IMG/VR virus record: IMGVR_UViG_2876643526_000002
Span: 16,420-80,419 of that record
Strand: one strand, 5' to 3'
Source of the DNA: a virus
Lineage: Duplodnaviria > Caudoviricetes
DNA length: 64,000 nucleotides
Position 1 is the stretch's first letter; every line of letters begins with the position of its first letter. This document shows positions 1 through 10,961 of this stretch, in pieces. Position numbers and translations under genes: made by a program. Below the pieces are notes generated by a model. It saw only the letters and a list, made by a program, of their open reading frames with translations, made no database searches and had not been told where the DNA came from.

Positions 1-1
1 G

Positions 2-736
2 CCGAGCGGATGCATCGAAGCAAAGAAGAACTTTCTGAAAAACGAGCTTGGTGAAGACCCTAGGGCTTATGAGGTCGATGAAATGACGGAATCGGACGTT
101 AATCACGCGTTATTGGAGATTGCCATTGCCAAACAGATGAGAGCTGATGAGGAAAACAAGAAAATCAACGTACTCAATGAAGGAAGCGATTTGGACGGAA
201 CGAGATTTGAGGACATTGAACGTCAGAAGTTCGAGTTTGAGTTGGCTGAAATGAGGAAAGATGGATGTTCAAAGAAAGAAATAAAAGAGTTCATTGACGA
301 GTATAATGCCAGTCATAAGCAGAAAATTGACGATGAACCATACATTTCAGAGGAAGACCGCATTCATCAGGAAATGGAATCAAAAGACGTTGAGAAAACT
401 CCCGAATGCAGTATTGAAGGTGAGTTTGATGCACCTGAGATAGACTACGATAAGCTTCATGAGGAATCAGAGGCGTTCAAGAAAGAACAGTTGAAGGTTG
501 CCAAGCGCAAGTGGAAGCGCGCCTATGATGCCGATGCAGAGAAGCGTGACGGAAGAGAGTTCGAGAACGAATTTGGCGAAGATGAGGAATGTGAGACGTT
601 GCAGTTGCCGAATAAAGAATCCATTCCTGTAAAGCGAAAACCAGGCAGACCAAAGAAATCGTCATTGGATTACACTGCTAGCAAGCGCGATACGACAAAG
701 AAACGTGGTCGCAAAAAATCATCAACTAAAAAATAA
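2..736 (+). CDS. Acidic hypothetical protein with basic AT-hook-like tail (5' truncated by window)
   Basis: Frame of ORF 83..736 stays open back to base 2; C-terminal KRKPGRPKK and KKRGRKK. Confidence 0.7.
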   Translation, partial: PSGCIEAKKNFLKNELGEDPRAYEVDEMTESDVNHALLEIAIAKQMRADEENKKINVLNEGSDLDGTRFEDIERQKFEFELAEMRKDGCSKKEIKEFIDEYNASHKQKIDDEPYISEEDRIHQEMESKDVEKTPECSIEGEFDAPEIDYDKLHEESEAFKKEQLKVAKRKWKRAYDADAEKRDGREFENEFGEDEECETLQLPNKESIPVKRKPGRPKKSSLDYTASKRDTTKKRGRKKSSTKK

Positions 737-742
737 CAGATT

Positions 743-1051
743 ATGACTAAATCAGAGCTTTTGAATAACGTGTTCTTTGAGAATGCAAAAGGTGATTTAC
801 CTATCATATATATAACATCGGATGATGATGTGGTAAAGGTTGGCGGCATTATCAATGCACCTATGGTTGGAAGAATTTATTTTAGTGAGGTTAAGAAAAC
901 CATTACGAAGGATGAATTACTTGCCAACAAAGAGTTCATTTGCGCAAGCGAAGATTCTGAGATACTTATTGATTTCGGCGGCTACAGACGCGAGACACTT
1001 GGTTGCTATATCGCGATTGATGATAGTTGCATTAATATCATTGAGCTATGA
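743..1051 (+). CDS. Hypothetical phage protein
   Basis: ORF in a tightly packed co-directional run. Confidence 0.7.
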   Translation: MTKSELLNNVFFENAKGDLPIIYITSDDDVVKVGGIINAPMVGRIYFSEVKKTITKDELLANKEFICASEDSEILIDFGGYRRETLGCYIAIDDSCINIIEL

Positions 1052-1272
1052 GGAATAACCATCACAATCCTAATAAAGTGCCGCCGTTCAAACCAGCCCC
1101 CGAACATTGGACTAAGAAGGTTCACTCTTGGAAGGCGAAGGTTGCATACGAGACTGAGGATGACGCTTGGGAGTTTCTGAATCAGATTCCGAGGTTGAAG
1201 GCACTCGGCTGGCATCCTTACTTATGTAAGGTTTGCTCAAAGTGGCATATTGGTAGATTACATAATAAATAG
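1048..1272 (+). CDS. Small zinc-finger-like protein
   Basis: PYLCKVCSKWH (CxxC..WH); ATGA overlap with upstream gene. Confidence 0.65.
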   Translation: MRNNHHNPNKVPPFKPAPEHWTKKVHSWKAKVAYETEDDAWEFLNQIPRLKALGWHPYLCKVCSKWHIGRLHNK

Positions 1273-1279
1273 TTGAGAT

Positions 1280-1723
1280 ATGGAGATTAGAGTTAATATT
1301 TTAGGAAAGGTCGCTTACAAACAAGAAGCGAGTAGGGATGATAAGGCGAAAGCCGAACTATACCCATCAGGAGAAGGTGTATATGCTGTAATGGATGGAG
1401 ACGATTTCGTGTGTCTAAGGGTTGTGTCTTCCAAGACTCACGATGATATAAAAGGTGATTATTATGTACATGTAGAAGAAAACTGGACGCATGCAAAAAT
1501 CGCAAACTCTATAAACGTTATAGAGCACGAAGAAAGGTTGAAGGATTATATAGACAAGCGTTTTGATGAGCTACAATCATCAATCGAGAATGCAAAGAGT
1601 AGTGCAGTATGCTCTATAAAGAGTTCTATTGAGAAGATAGAGAAAGATGGTGTTGGTAGTGGAAAAGGTATCAGCGAAAAGACATTATTGTCTGCTATCG
1701 AGATTGTGTCAAAACAAAAATAG
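1280..1723 (+). CDS. Hypothetical phage protein
   Basis: ORF with TAGTTGAGATATG junction. Confidence 0.7.
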   Translation: MEIRVNILGKVAYKQEASRDDKAKAELYPSGEGVYAVMDGDDFVCLRVVSSKTHDDIKGDYYVHVEENWTHAKIANSINVIEHEERLKDYIDKRFDELQSSIENAKSSAVCSIKSSIEKIEKDGVGSGKGISEKTLLSAIEIVSKQK

Positions 1724-1731
1724 TTGAGAAT

Positions 1732-2124
1732 ATGAAGAAGAAAGGATATTACGAATACGAAAACGGAATCTACCCTTTGAAACTTTGGGTACACATCGGT
1801 AAAGACCTGAAAGAGCTGATAGATTCCTGTTTTGACAAGTGCAAGGCTCCCGATATTGATTACGGCGGCGTTACGTATTCCGATGCAGTCAGAAAGAGCG
1901 ACAGAAGGCGCGGCGTTCTTGTATCGTTTCCGTGTCAGAAGGTTATGTCGATGAACTATTGCTGCCACGAAGCCTCTCACGTCTGCGATGCCATCGAGGA
2001 ATATACTGACTTGGAACACGGCGGCGAGTCTTCTGCCTACTTAATTGGTTGGATTGCGTCTTGCATCAACAATGCTCGTTTGGGAATTGGAGATTTCGTA
2101 GAAATTAAAGATAAGGAGAAATAG
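1732..2124 (+). CDS. HExxH metalloprotease-like protein
   Basis: CCHEASH motif followed by E..AYLIGW. Confidence 0.55.
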   Translation: MKKKGYYEYENGIYPLKLWVHIGKDLKELIDSCFDKCKAPDIDYGGVTYSDAVRKSDRRRGVLVSFPCQKVMSMNYCCHEASHVCDAIEEYTDLEHGGESSAYLIGWIASCINNARLGIGDFVEIKDKEK

Positions 2125-2127
2125 CTT

Positions 2128-2475
2128 ATGAAACCGATTATTGTAATTGACATTCCTTTGGGAATGGGAATAGATAGAGAAATCACAGAGCCTTATGGCT
2201 ATGATTTATTCTATGGAGACGAAAATATAGAAGCTCAGTGGAAGAAACTGGAAGAACTTAGAGAAACTGGTGGTGTTATTATTGTTCAGCCAAGCCATAA
2301 CAGCGCAATTCGCAAGATTCTTAACCCTTATATTAGCGGTAATGGATTTATCAAAGAATGTGGTTTGCAAAATGTTCATACAAAAGAACATGGTGATTTT
2401 TGTATTATCCTTTTTCATAACCCATCAGACGTTATGGCTCATAGAGCTTTTTGTTTGAATAGTAAAAATAAATAG
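2128..2475 (+). CDS. Hypothetical phage protein
   Basis: ORF in operon. Confidence 0.65.
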   Translation: MKPIIVIDIPLGMGIDREITEPYGYDLFYGDENIEAQWKKLEELRETGGVIIVQPSHNSAIRKILNPYISGNGFIKECGLQNVHTKEHGDFCIILFHNPSDVMAHRAFCLNSKNK

Positions 2476-2478
2476 TTT

Positions 2479-2985
2479 ATGATTAAGAAAGAAGATATTA
2501 AGGTTGGGCTGCGATTTTATATCACAAAAAAAGATTGCTTAAAATGTAATTTTGACCCTATAGGTATTCAGAGCGGCAGCACCCCTATTCTGTTCAATGC
2601 CGAGAAAAAGGATGCTGATGTTTATATATGCACATCTGTTAGCACAGATTACAAGTATATCGCTCGTTTTCGCGAGGAAGATATTATGACGTTTGGTACA
2701 AAGTTCGATATAGTAACGAAAGGTGAAGGAAAATCCGCAAACGGAAAGGCAGAGCAAGTATCTCACCCATCCCATTATGCTTGGTTGAAGGATTTGTGTG
2801 GTGTTGAGCCTTTGGATATTTGCAGACATCTTGATTTCAATACAGGGAACGCTATCAAGTATCTCTTGCGCAAGGATAAGGTGGATGGCAACAAAACAAA
2901 GACCGAGAAGCGCATTGAGGACTTGCGTAAGGCAGTGTTTTATATCCAAGACGAAATAAAATTATTGGAGCATGGCACAGACTGA
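2479..2985 (+). CDS. DUF3310-like domain protein
   Basis: VSHPSHY...FNTGNAIKYLLR...EDLRKAVFYI. Confidence 0.75.
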   Translation: MIKKEDIKVGLRFYITKKDCLKCNFDPIGIQSGSTPILFNAEKKDADVYICTSVSTDYKYIARFREEDIMTFGTKFDIVTKGEGKSANGKAEQVSHPSHYAWLKDLCGVEPLDICRHLDFNTGNAIKYLLRKDKVDGNKTKTEKRIEDLRKAVFYIQDEIKLLEHGTD

Positions 2986-3241
2986 ATACACTTGTAAGGA
3001 TTGCGTATTGTTGAATGATGAAGATTCTGAGTTCCCATATTGCTTGGGCAAAGACTTATATACAGACGCAAATCCTGACGATGATGCTTGCGGAGACATT
3101 ATTCCGCTAGTATATACTTGCAAGGATTGTTTCTTTTTCAAAGATGGGATTTGCAATAATACCACGGATAAGAGATACACATCGAAAGAAAATCCTTCAT
3201 GTAGAAACTTCGAGTACAAAACGATTGTAGAACAAAAATAA
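2972..3241 (+). CDS. Cys-rich protein with two YTCKDC repeats
   Basis: Two CxxC..C..C units. Confidence 0.65.
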   Translation: MAQTEYTCKDCVLLNDEDSEFPYCLGKDLYTDANPDDDACGDIIPLVYTCKDCFFFKDGICNNTTDKRYTSKENPSCRNFEYKTIVEQK

Positions 3242-3251
3242 ATATATAGTT

Positions 3252-3827
3252 ATGGCTAGAATTGCAAAAAAGAAGACTGTTGACAACAATGCAGGTTTGC
3301 TTAAAGTTGTTGTCGGAATCAACAGAAAAGATGTTGAAAGCGTTACCGACTTCGGTCATTTCTTCATCGTAATTTTGAAGGATAGTGCTATTTTCCACAC
3401 ACATATTGGATTTGAAGCACGTTTTAAGCGTTGGGGCGGTGTTGATATGGAAGGACACGCGCTTACCACTACAACATTTGCGTGGCTTGAAAATCTTGTC
3501 GCGATAAAGAACGAAGTAAAGGGAAAAGAAAATGATATTTTCCCTGAGACTGATGTTACTTATCAGGATATGCTTGATAGTATTGTTATCATCACAGAAG
3601 CCAACATTGCTCATCCGATTACAGCGTTCACTGATGCAGATGATGCTGCAAAGTTCGCAAAGAACAAGATGGATTACATCGTTCGTATGCAGAAAGATTT
3701 GGAAACTGTAATGAACACTCCAGTTTCCGAAGAGACAGAGGAAGACTTGAAGAAGAACTTTGAGCACGGTCAGCAGGCAATATTGGCAGAGCAAGCAGCC
3801 GAGGCTCTTAATCAAGGAAAGGAATAG
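3252..3827 (+). CDS. Hypothetical phage protein
   Basis: 191 aa ORF in operon. Confidence 0.75.
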   Translation: MARIAKKKTVDNNAGLLKVVVGINRKDVESVTDFGHFFIVILKDSAIFHTHIGFEARFKRWGGVDMEGHALTTTTFAWLENLVAIKNEVKGKENDIFPETDVTYQDMLDSIVIITEANIAHPITAFTDADDAAKFAKNKMDYIVRMQKDLETVMNTPVSEETEEDLKKNFEHGQQAILAEQAAEALNQGKE

Positions 3828-3830
3828 CTT

Positions 3831-4163
3831 ATGTATAATGAATGGTATATAGAACTGAAATACGGACTATTCCGAGATTACAGGATTGTAAGAATGTGTG
3901 ATGCCAACGGAGTGAAGCGAGACGGTATCTTTATACCATTCATTCAGAATGGAATCAAATGGGATGGTGTAAAGGTTAAGAATCCTGTTCAATATCTAAA
4001 ACCGATTTGGGCTGCCGCCGATGGCTCAAGACTTCACAAGTTAGTTCCCATGGTTTCTGTGGATTTCAGGCAAAAGATGGAAGATGCAGGTGTATTGTCA
4101 CCAGATGACAAATACCCTTGTGATACGGTAGGTTACGTTTATAAAGATAAAAATAAGATTTAA
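3831..4163 (+). CDS. Hypothetical phage protein
   Basis: ORF in operon. Confidence 0.7.
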   Translation: MYNEWYIELKYGLFRDYRIVRMCDANGVKRDGIFIPFIQNGIKWDGVKVKNPVQYLKPIWAAADGSRLHKLVPMVSVDFRQKMEDAGVLSPDDKYPCDTVGYVYKDKNKI

Positions 4164-4168
4164 CGGCT

Positions 4169-4516
4169 ATGATATACTTAGGTAATGATACGATGGATAA
4201 GGTAGAGCGGATGGTTTGCGAACAAGTGAACACGGCTATGAGTACTGAGGAAAAGGACGGAGTGAATGCAGATGATTTATATGTCGGCAACACTAATATT
4301 CCTTTTGCGAGAGCGGTAGCAAGGAACTTTGTTCTTGACGTTCTACACAATCGGTATGGCTTTTCTTATGCTGTTATCGCACAGCGCGCGGACATCAATG
4401 AGAAATCTGCTATGCGATGTGTCCGCAAGTGTCACGAGCTTATCGGGTACGACAAAACCTATGCGTATGTGAACACTTTAATTAACGATAGATTGAGAGA
4501 ATGGTATGGGGAATAG
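4169..4516 (+). CDS. HTH protein, DnaA C-terminal-like
   Basis: ARAVARNF..LHNRYGFSYAVIAQRADINEKSAMRCVRK resembles a TrpR-like HTH. Confidence 0.55.
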   Translation: MIYLGNDTMDKVERMVCEQVNTAMSTEEKDGVNADDLYVGNTNIPFARAVARNFVLDVLHNRYGFSYAVIAQRADINEKSAMRCVRKCHELIGYDKTYAYVNTLINDRLREWYGE

Positions 4517-5039
4517 CAATGAATTATTGACATTGAAGCGCAATGCCCTTAAATTGGGATTGTGCGGAGAATATAAAGGGAAATGGGATTCTGCCGCGAG
4601 TAAGCGAGAATTGGTAAATATGGCTCTTGATTCAAACGGAATTGAGTTTATGGCTGATTCTATTGCTTTCGGATGGGGATTGTCAAAAGAGTACCTTTTG
4701 AAAGAGTTTGGTGAGTTTGCTAATGGATTCTACCAATGTAACGAGCATGGATATACTAGCGAAATGTATATAGGTGCTCATGGAGTTATCAAGGCGCGCT
4801 CTACGATTATTCTTGTCGCGTACTGCAAGGATTTGGAAATTGAAGTTCCTGAGAATATGGTTACTCGCATTTATGTGTGCGGAAAGAGTGAAGTTCGCAT
4901 CGAATGCAAAGGAAAATGTGACCTCATAGAGTACGGAGAGGATAATGATGTTAAAATCATTAGCTACGATGACGCAAATATGACGCTAGGAACGATTTAT
5001 GTGTCAGAGTGGAATAGTTGTAAGGATGAGCAGAAATAA
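4506..5039 (+). CDS. Hypothetical phage protein
   Basis: ORF closing the left operon. Confidence 0.75.
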   Translation: MGNSNELLTLKRNALKLGLCGEYKGKWDSAASKRELVNMALDSNGIEFMADSIAFGWGLSKEYLLKEFGEFANGFYQCNEHGYTSEMYIGAHGVIKARSTIILVAYCKDLEIEVPENMVTRIYVCGKSEVRIECKGKCDLIEYGEDNDVKIISYDDANMTLGTIYVSEWNSCKDEQK

Positions 5040-5182
5040 CGTCTTACAGCTCATTTAAATAGCAAAGTTTGGTAAAAATATTTATATTATTTTCTAGTTC
5101 TTAGAGTGTACGGCGGTACACCGACATAAAGTGTAATTTTACTTTTTATATTAGTTAAGGTTTAGTTAGATTTATGTTGATT

Positions 5183-5226
5183 AAAAAGGGCAAGTTCAGT
5201 TGTGAAACCGAGCTTGCCCTAATTTT
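5183..5226. terminator. Bidirectional intrinsic terminator
   Basis: AAAAAGGGCAAGTTCAGT-TGTGAA-ACCGAGCTTGCCCT-AATTTT between convergent operons. Confidence 0.7.
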
Positions 5227-5245
5227 ATATATAGAACACAGAAAA

Positions 5246-8200
5246 CTAATTCATAAATACCTTGATACCATTTCTTCCTTGCTTGTGACCGCCCTTTACA
5301 CAGCTAGCCAAGGTGTCGCGAATATCAGTAAGTATTGTTGTCTGCAATCTCAACTCAATGAGTACAGGACTGCTTGATGTATCTTGTGTTATCGCGCTGA
5401 TACTATTGCCGAGCTTTTCTAACAGAGTGTCGCGGATGATACGGACATCTGCTTGCTGAGTGGCTACATAATATCGTAGGCTGTTGAGTATTGACTCCAA
5501 CGCCTGTGCGGTTGATTCTGTAACAGACTGAATACCTTGCTGCAAAGCAGAGATATTTGAACTGCCTTTTGGTTTGTATCCTAATCCATCAACGAATGAT
5601 TTCAACATATCAGAAACACCTTTCAGTTTATCCTTACCGGTTGTCATAATATTATCCAATTCAGCTTTAACCAAATTCAATCCATTATTTCCACCATCGC
5701 TTCCTTGTTCAACCGCATTGTCAATCTTTTTAAACAACGGCTCTAGCATCTTACCAACAATACGTTGTGTAGCTTGCTTAACTATGAGGTTCTGTATATA
5801 CTCATCGAATTTATCATTAAGTGCTTCGAGAGCATCGCTTCCTTCGTTGTAAGCATCAACCCAAGTCTTTGCAAACTCCTCTGCTGCCGACTTATAGTTA
5901 GCCTTTGTCCCGAATCCGCCAAGTTGTTCTGTAAGACTTTGTTCTGCCTCCTCGATAGCCTTGTTGTTGGCTTCGATTTGTTTGCGGTACTCTTCAATCT
6001 TATCATTATCGGTCTTCTTCTTGTCCTGCTCTGCTTTTATCATTGATTCAAGGTTGGCATTCTGAGTTTTGAGATTCTTAACCATCTCATCATTGTATTG
6101 TGCCAAACGTTCAATATCAAAAGCATTATCCATAGCATCTTTGAGTTCGCTGTATCTCTCTCGCAGTTTTTCAATCGCCTTTTGGTGATTTTCAATCTGC
6201 TTTTGTAGCTTTTTATCTTTTGTTCCCCATCCGAAGATGCCGCCAAGAGTTTTTCCGATGCCGCCAATAACACCTATCGTACCTTTGACAACAGAGAATG
6301 GTCTAGTAATATCAATACCTTCAAGAGAAGAACCAATCTTACTGATTCCATCTACAACCTCTGATAAATCGTCAGACATTTCGATGTTAGCACCCCAGTC
6401 ATTCAATGCGCTAAAAAGTTCTGTAACGGAACTAGCTGCATCAGAGAAGTTTTGCCCGATAGTCTGAACTTGCTGTTGCAAAGTCTTCTGCAACTTCTGT
6501 CCGTTTCGTATCTGCTTTGCTTGCTTTTCTGTTATCTTTCCTTGTGCTACAAGCTGGTCTGTTATGGTACGAAGTCTTTCCTTGTCAATATCCCAAAGGA
6601 TTCTTGCCTGAATGGCTTCTTTTGAAGCAACACCATATTTTCTTACTGCATTATTGTAAGCAATCTCTGCATTTTTGACATCCTTATTCGCATTGCTTTG
6701 GTCGTTTTTCAATATCTGCTCTTTTTGGGTAGCATCAATGTATTCTTCCTCTAGCTTTTTACGCTGTTTGGCAAATTTCAGGTATTCCTTGAAATTCTTA
6801 CCAATGTTACTGTAAGGATTTCTCTCAACAAGTAAAGCATCTATCTTGTTAATCTGCTCAACTATCTGTTTTAATTGCTCTGGAGTGAGATTTTTCAGAG
6901 AAGAACGTAATCCTTCAAGTCTCGCTTTCATTGCAGTAAGCACGCGGTTTGATGTGTGGTCTAGATTCTCAAAGATAGAAATATACATATCGCTATTCTG
7001 AAAATCTTTCCAAGAATTAGTATCTGTCTTTGAAGCATATTGCTTATCAAGGTTATCTTGAAGCTGCTTCTGCAAATCTTTGTTCTTGGATATATTCGCA
7101 TTGTTTTGGATTTTCTGCTTTTCCTCAATGTACCACTTATCCAATTGCAACTGGTCGGAAAGCTGCTGCTTGTATGCCTTAATCAACTCTTGTGCTTGAT
7201 TAATTTGGTCTTGATAGACTTTCTTATCAAGTTTCTGCATTTGTGACGCATATTCCTTTGCAACATCATCACCCCACTTATTTTGGTCTTTACCCCATTT
7301 TGCCTCGAAATCATCTGTAATAGACTTTCGCACATCATCGAATGAAGAGGTTAAGTCACCGAACATGCTTTTGATGATGCTATCAGAAAGACCTTCGCCT
7401 TTGAGATTCTTAAACAAATCGAGCTGTGAGAATGCTTCTTGCGCATTGTTCTTCGCATCGTCAAGTTGCTGCTTGAAATATTCCTCATCAATATCAAGAC
7501 GGATTTCGGTAGCGTTGCGTAATGCGCTGCCACGCTTTCCGAGTTCCTTATATTGGCTTGCAAGATATTCAATCTTCTTTGCAATAGTTTGGCGGTCTGG
7601 GATAAAGTTGTTTATATTCATACCAACATTCTTTGCCGCCAACGCAAAGTGCTTACGAATATCGGCTGTAGCTTGCTCTTCGCCTTCGTATTTAATGAGT
7701 CTCTGATATTCAGAACTCATATCCTTTAACAGAGAAATGCGCTCTTGCAAGATGTCTCTTTGTGCCTTATCTTGCTTGATTCTATTTTTTTTAGCATCAA
7801 CCTCAAAAGGGTTAACACCCAAAGCTAACGCTTGCTGAGTCGCGGCTTGCTTCAATTCCCTAACCTTGGCTCTCACCTTGGCTACAGAAATTACCATTTG
7901 GTTTGCTCCAATTTCACCAGCCTTGAATATCTTTCGGATAGTATCATCAACTGTTATTGTAGGCGAGTTTTTGCCAACAGCAGCGAGTCTCTTTTCAACT
8001 TCTTTCCAAGATTTTGCAGCCTTTGCTGCTTGGTCTCCTTTCCCAAGAAAACCTTCAAAAGCCTTATCGTCATCAATTTCTTTGACAACGAGGCTAATAC
8101 CATACTTTTTCTTTGCAAAGAAACCAGAGAGATAATCATCAACCCAGTTTACTTCTTTCTCCATCGAGTTTTTATTGATGGAAACATTGATACCAAAGTG

Positions 8201-10942
8201 TCTATAAGCAAGGTCTCTCTCGTATTGATTCCAATCACGCTCTGCCGCAATTTTATCAATAAATGCTTGTATCTTTATTGGGTCGTTTTTGAACGCATCC
8301 TTCATGCCTGCAAAAACATTATCAAACTCGCTGTTCAATTCTTGCGCCTTATTTTGTACGCTGTTCATCGCACGGATAAGGTCATTGAAATCAGCTTGCG
8401 AAGTACCAATGAAAGATGGCATTTTATAGTCGCTGCCGCCTTGTGTTATGTTGATTTTCTTTATCAACTCATACATGCGTGTCATATAATCAATGTTGGA
8501 TTCGTTATCCTTTTGACCTGCACGGATCTCATCAAAGTATTTCTTCGTGGTCGAAGTGGCTTGTTTATAGTTTGCGTTAATGTTTGCTACAACTCTCTCC
8601 ATTTGCGAAGACTTTGCGAGAGCATCAATCACAGCATCTTTGTAATCGTCTGCATCATCATCAAGTCCATCAGTAAACCAAGTGTTCCAAGCATCATTCT
8701 TTGCATAGTTTCTTCTGAGAATCTCCATGTTATCAACGAAATTTTTATACTCTTTTTCAACCTTACTGAAAGTAGTATTAAGTTGGTTTACATCGAGACT
8801 ATCTACATTGATTTTGAAAGTCAGTCCGTCTTTTGATGCGGCATCAATAAGCTTTTGTAACGTTGTACGTCTATCCTCAATATTCTTCTCTAAATCCTTT
8901 CCTCCTAATTTACTATTTGCGTTTGTGGCTGCATTTGCAAGGTCGTTGTACGTTCCAGCTAAAGCACCTATTGCGCCCTTTGCCTTTATGGTTTCTTCTT
9001 CGGCTTTACGTACATTTTCGTTGTACTTGGAAATCTTATCATAAACGGTAGTTATTACTTCTGCTACAGCGTAAATAGCGAGACCTACACCTATACCTGA
9101 TAATGAACTTTTAACGAGACCGCCAAAATCTTTAAGAGCTTTTTTCATTCCATCTAAGGAATTTACGAAAAGAGCCTTGTATCTCACGATACCTGTGCCA
9201 GATGCTTGCGAGAAAGCTTGTCCGAGACTAGTCTTTGCAAACATAGAGTTAGCCTTTATAGCAATAAGAATAGGTATAAGGGCTTTTCCTATCTCTGCAA
9301 GAGTCTTCCAATTATCAAGCAGAGAAGTACCCCAGCTTACCATTCCCTTCATTGTACCCTCGTTAGCCTTGCCAATATCATTAAGCATCACATCGAAAGC
9401 ATCCTTCAAGTTGGAAATCTTACCTTGGAGAGTTTCAGCCTGAATCTCTTGCATATTGTAGAATGTTCCACCCTTATCGGTCATGCGTTGGAATATTGCC
9501 TCAACATCCTCAAATGTAACCTTACGCTTGGAAATCATATCAACAATCTGTGCGGTCGTGTACGCTTCTCCCTTAACTTCCTTGAAGTATTGTTGCAACT
9601 CACCATACATATTGATACCAGCTTCGGTAAACTGACGAACCTCAGAACCGCGAAGGTATGCAGCAGCCTTGACTTGTCCGTATGCAAGGATAAATCTTCC
9701 CATATCAACGCCAAGACCTGCTGAAACATCGGCAAGTCGCTTGGTTGTATCATAAAGTTTATCAGACTCAATTCGGTAAGCGGAAAGTTGTCGTGTGTAA
9801 TCCACCAAGTTCCTGATACGGAAAGGTGATTTAACGGCAAGTTCTACAGTCTTATTGAAAATCTCGTCTGCCTTTGGTTTGTTCTGCAAGATAGCTTCGA
9901 GTGAACGCTCTGAAAGTTCAAACTGACCTCTGACTGATGCAATCTGCTCGACAAAATTCTTGACAGAACCCACTGAGAATGCAAATGCCATACGCTGTGC
10001 CCAACGTGACATATATCCAGCCATATATGATGTTTGTTCTGTCAACGCGCGAGAATTAACACCAGCCTCTTTCAAGTTTTTGTTATGTTGCTCAATTGCA
10101 GCATTGAGAATATCCAATTTTCGCTTATAATCAGCATCGGTTTGAGACAACTTCATACGAGCCTCTTTCAGATATTCTATAGCGCGTACTTGGCGGTTGA
10201 GCGTATTTGCAGTAGCAGAGAAATCAAGCGCGCCTTGATATGTAGTGTTTGCCTTGTTATTTCTCGTCTGATAGTCTTTTGCTCTATCAGCGTATGCCTT
10301 TCTCTGTTTGTTATTGTAAGATTGTTCGGCACTAACCATCTTATCAAGAGCCTTCTGAAAAGCAACAGCACGTTCATTATACATCTGCTGCTGGTATCGT
10401 AACTCATCCTGTAATGACTTCTTTCGCTTAATAAGTGCATCTTGGTCTGCCTTGGTGAGATTTTGTGTTGTATCTCGCAACATACTTTCAATAGAACCAA
10501 TTTCTTGCTTTAACTCAGCAATATTCATACCGCTAGCACCCTTTGCCGATTCCTGTAATCTCTGAAATGCAAGTGCCGCTTGCATAATACCACTAGTGCC
10601 AGAACCATTCATCTTAGATAGCTGTGCTACCATATTTTGAATGTTTTGTGCTGCTGACGTAATGTTATTGTTCATGTTACCTGCACTCGCACCTACGTTT
10701 GAGATACCACTGCTTGCATTTGAAGCAGATGCGTTGATTGTTGCGAGTTTTGCTATAACTTGGTCTAAAGAATCAAGGAACGGCTTAGTACCAACAGACA
10801 TATCCTTGAAAGATTGTGTTACACTAGACGCGGTATTTTTAGCCGTATCTTGTAACTTCTGCAACTTATCATCAGCCTCTTTGATTTTCTTCAATGCGGA
10901 CTCTGGTATAACAAGAGCACTGCCTAATGCTGAATCTGCCAT
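5246..10942 (-). CDS. Tape measure protein
   Basis: 1898 aa helical protein; ELAVKSPF..LVDYTRQLSAY..AAAYLRGSEVRQFTEAGI tape-measure motif; follows tail chaperones. Confidence 0.93.
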   Translation of the reverse strand: MADSALGSALVIPESALKKIKEADDKLQKLQDTAKNTASSVTQSFKDMSVGTKPFLDSLDQVIAKLATINASASNASSGISNVGASAGNMNNNITSAAQNIQNMVAQLSKMNGSGTSGIMQAALAFQRLQESAKGASGMNIAELKQEIGSIESMLRDTTQNLTKADQDALIKRKKSLQDELRYQQQMYNERAVAFQKALDKMVSAEQSYNNKQRKAYADRAKDYQTRNNKANTTYQGALDFSATANTLNRQVRAIEYLKEARMKLSQTDADYKRKLDILNAAIEQHNKNLKEAGVNSRALTEQTSYMAGYMSRWAQRMAFAFSVGSVKNFVEQIASVRGQFELSERSLEAILQNKPKADEIFNKTVELAVKSPFRIRNLVDYTRQLSAYRIESDKLYDTTKRLADVSAGLGVDMGRFILAYGQVKAAAYLRGSEVRQFTEAGINMYGELQQYFKEVKGEAYTTAQIVDMISKRKVTFEDVEAIFQRMTDKGGTFYNMQEIQAETLQGKISNLKDAFDVMLNDIGKANEGTMKGMVSWGTSLLDNWKTLAEIGKALIPILIAIKANSMFAKTSLGQAFSQASGTGIVRYKALFVNSLDGMKKALKDFGGLVKSSLSGIGVGLAIYAVAEVITTVYDKISKYNENVRKAEEETIKAKGAIGALAGTYNDLANAATNANSKLGGKDLEKNIEDRRTTLQKLIDAASKDGLTFKINVDSLDVNQLNTTFSKVEKEYKNFVDNMEILRRNYAKNDAWNTWFTDGLDDDADDYKDAVIDALAKSSQMERVVANINANYKQATSTTKKYFDEIRAGQKDNESNIDYMTRMYELIKKINITQGGSDYKMPSFIGTSQADFNDLIRAMNSVQNKAQELNSEFDNVFAGMKDAFKNDPIKIQAFIDKIAAERDWNQYERDLAYRHFGINVSINKNSMEKEVNWVDDYLSGFFAKKKYGISLVVKEIDDDKAFEGFLGKGDQAAKAAKSWKEVEKRLAAVGKNSPTITVDDTIRKIFKAGEIGANQMVISVAKVRAKVRELKQAATQQALALGVNPFEVDAKKNRIKQDKAQRDILQERISLLKDMSSEYQRLIKYEGEEQATADIRKHFALAAKNVGMNINNFIPDRQTIAKKIEYLASQYKELGKRGSALRNATEIRLDIDEEYFKQQLDDAKNNAQEAFSQLDLFKNLKGEGLSDSIIKSMFGDLTSSFDDVRKSITDDFEAKWGKDQNKWGDDVAKEYASQMQKLDKKVYQDQINQAQELIKAYKQQLSDQLQLDKWYIEEKQKIQNNANISKNKDLQKQLQDNLDKQYASKTDTNSWKDFQNSDMYISIFENLDHTSNRVLTAMKARLEGLRSSLKNLTPEQLKQIVEQINKIDALLVERNPYSNIGKNFKEYLKFAKQRKKLEEEYIDATQKEQILKNDQSNANKDVKNAEIAYNNAVRKYGVASKEAIQARILWDIDKERLRTITDQLVAQGKITEKQAKQIRNGQKLQKTLQQQVQTIGQNFSDAASSVTELFSALNDWGANIEMSDDLSEVVDGISKIGSSLEGIDITRPFSVVKGTIGVIGGIGKTLGGIFGWGTKDKKLQKQIENHQKAIEKLRERYSELKDAMDNAFDIERLAQYNDEMVKNLKTQNANLESMIKAEQDKKKTDNDKIEEYRKQIEANNKAIEEAEQSLTEQLGGFGTKANYKSAAEEFAKTWVDAYNEGSDALEALNDKFDEYIQNLIVKQATQRIVGKMLEPLFKKIDNAVEQGSDGGNNGLNLVKAELDNIMTTGKDKLKGVSDMLKSFVDGLGYKPKGSSNISALQQGIQSVTESTAQALESILNSLRYYVATQQADVRIIRDTLLEKLGNSISAITQDTSSSPVLIELRLQTTILTDIRDTLASCVKGGHKQGRNGIKVFMN

Positions 10943-10961
10943 AATTCAAAAGTTTAAGAGT

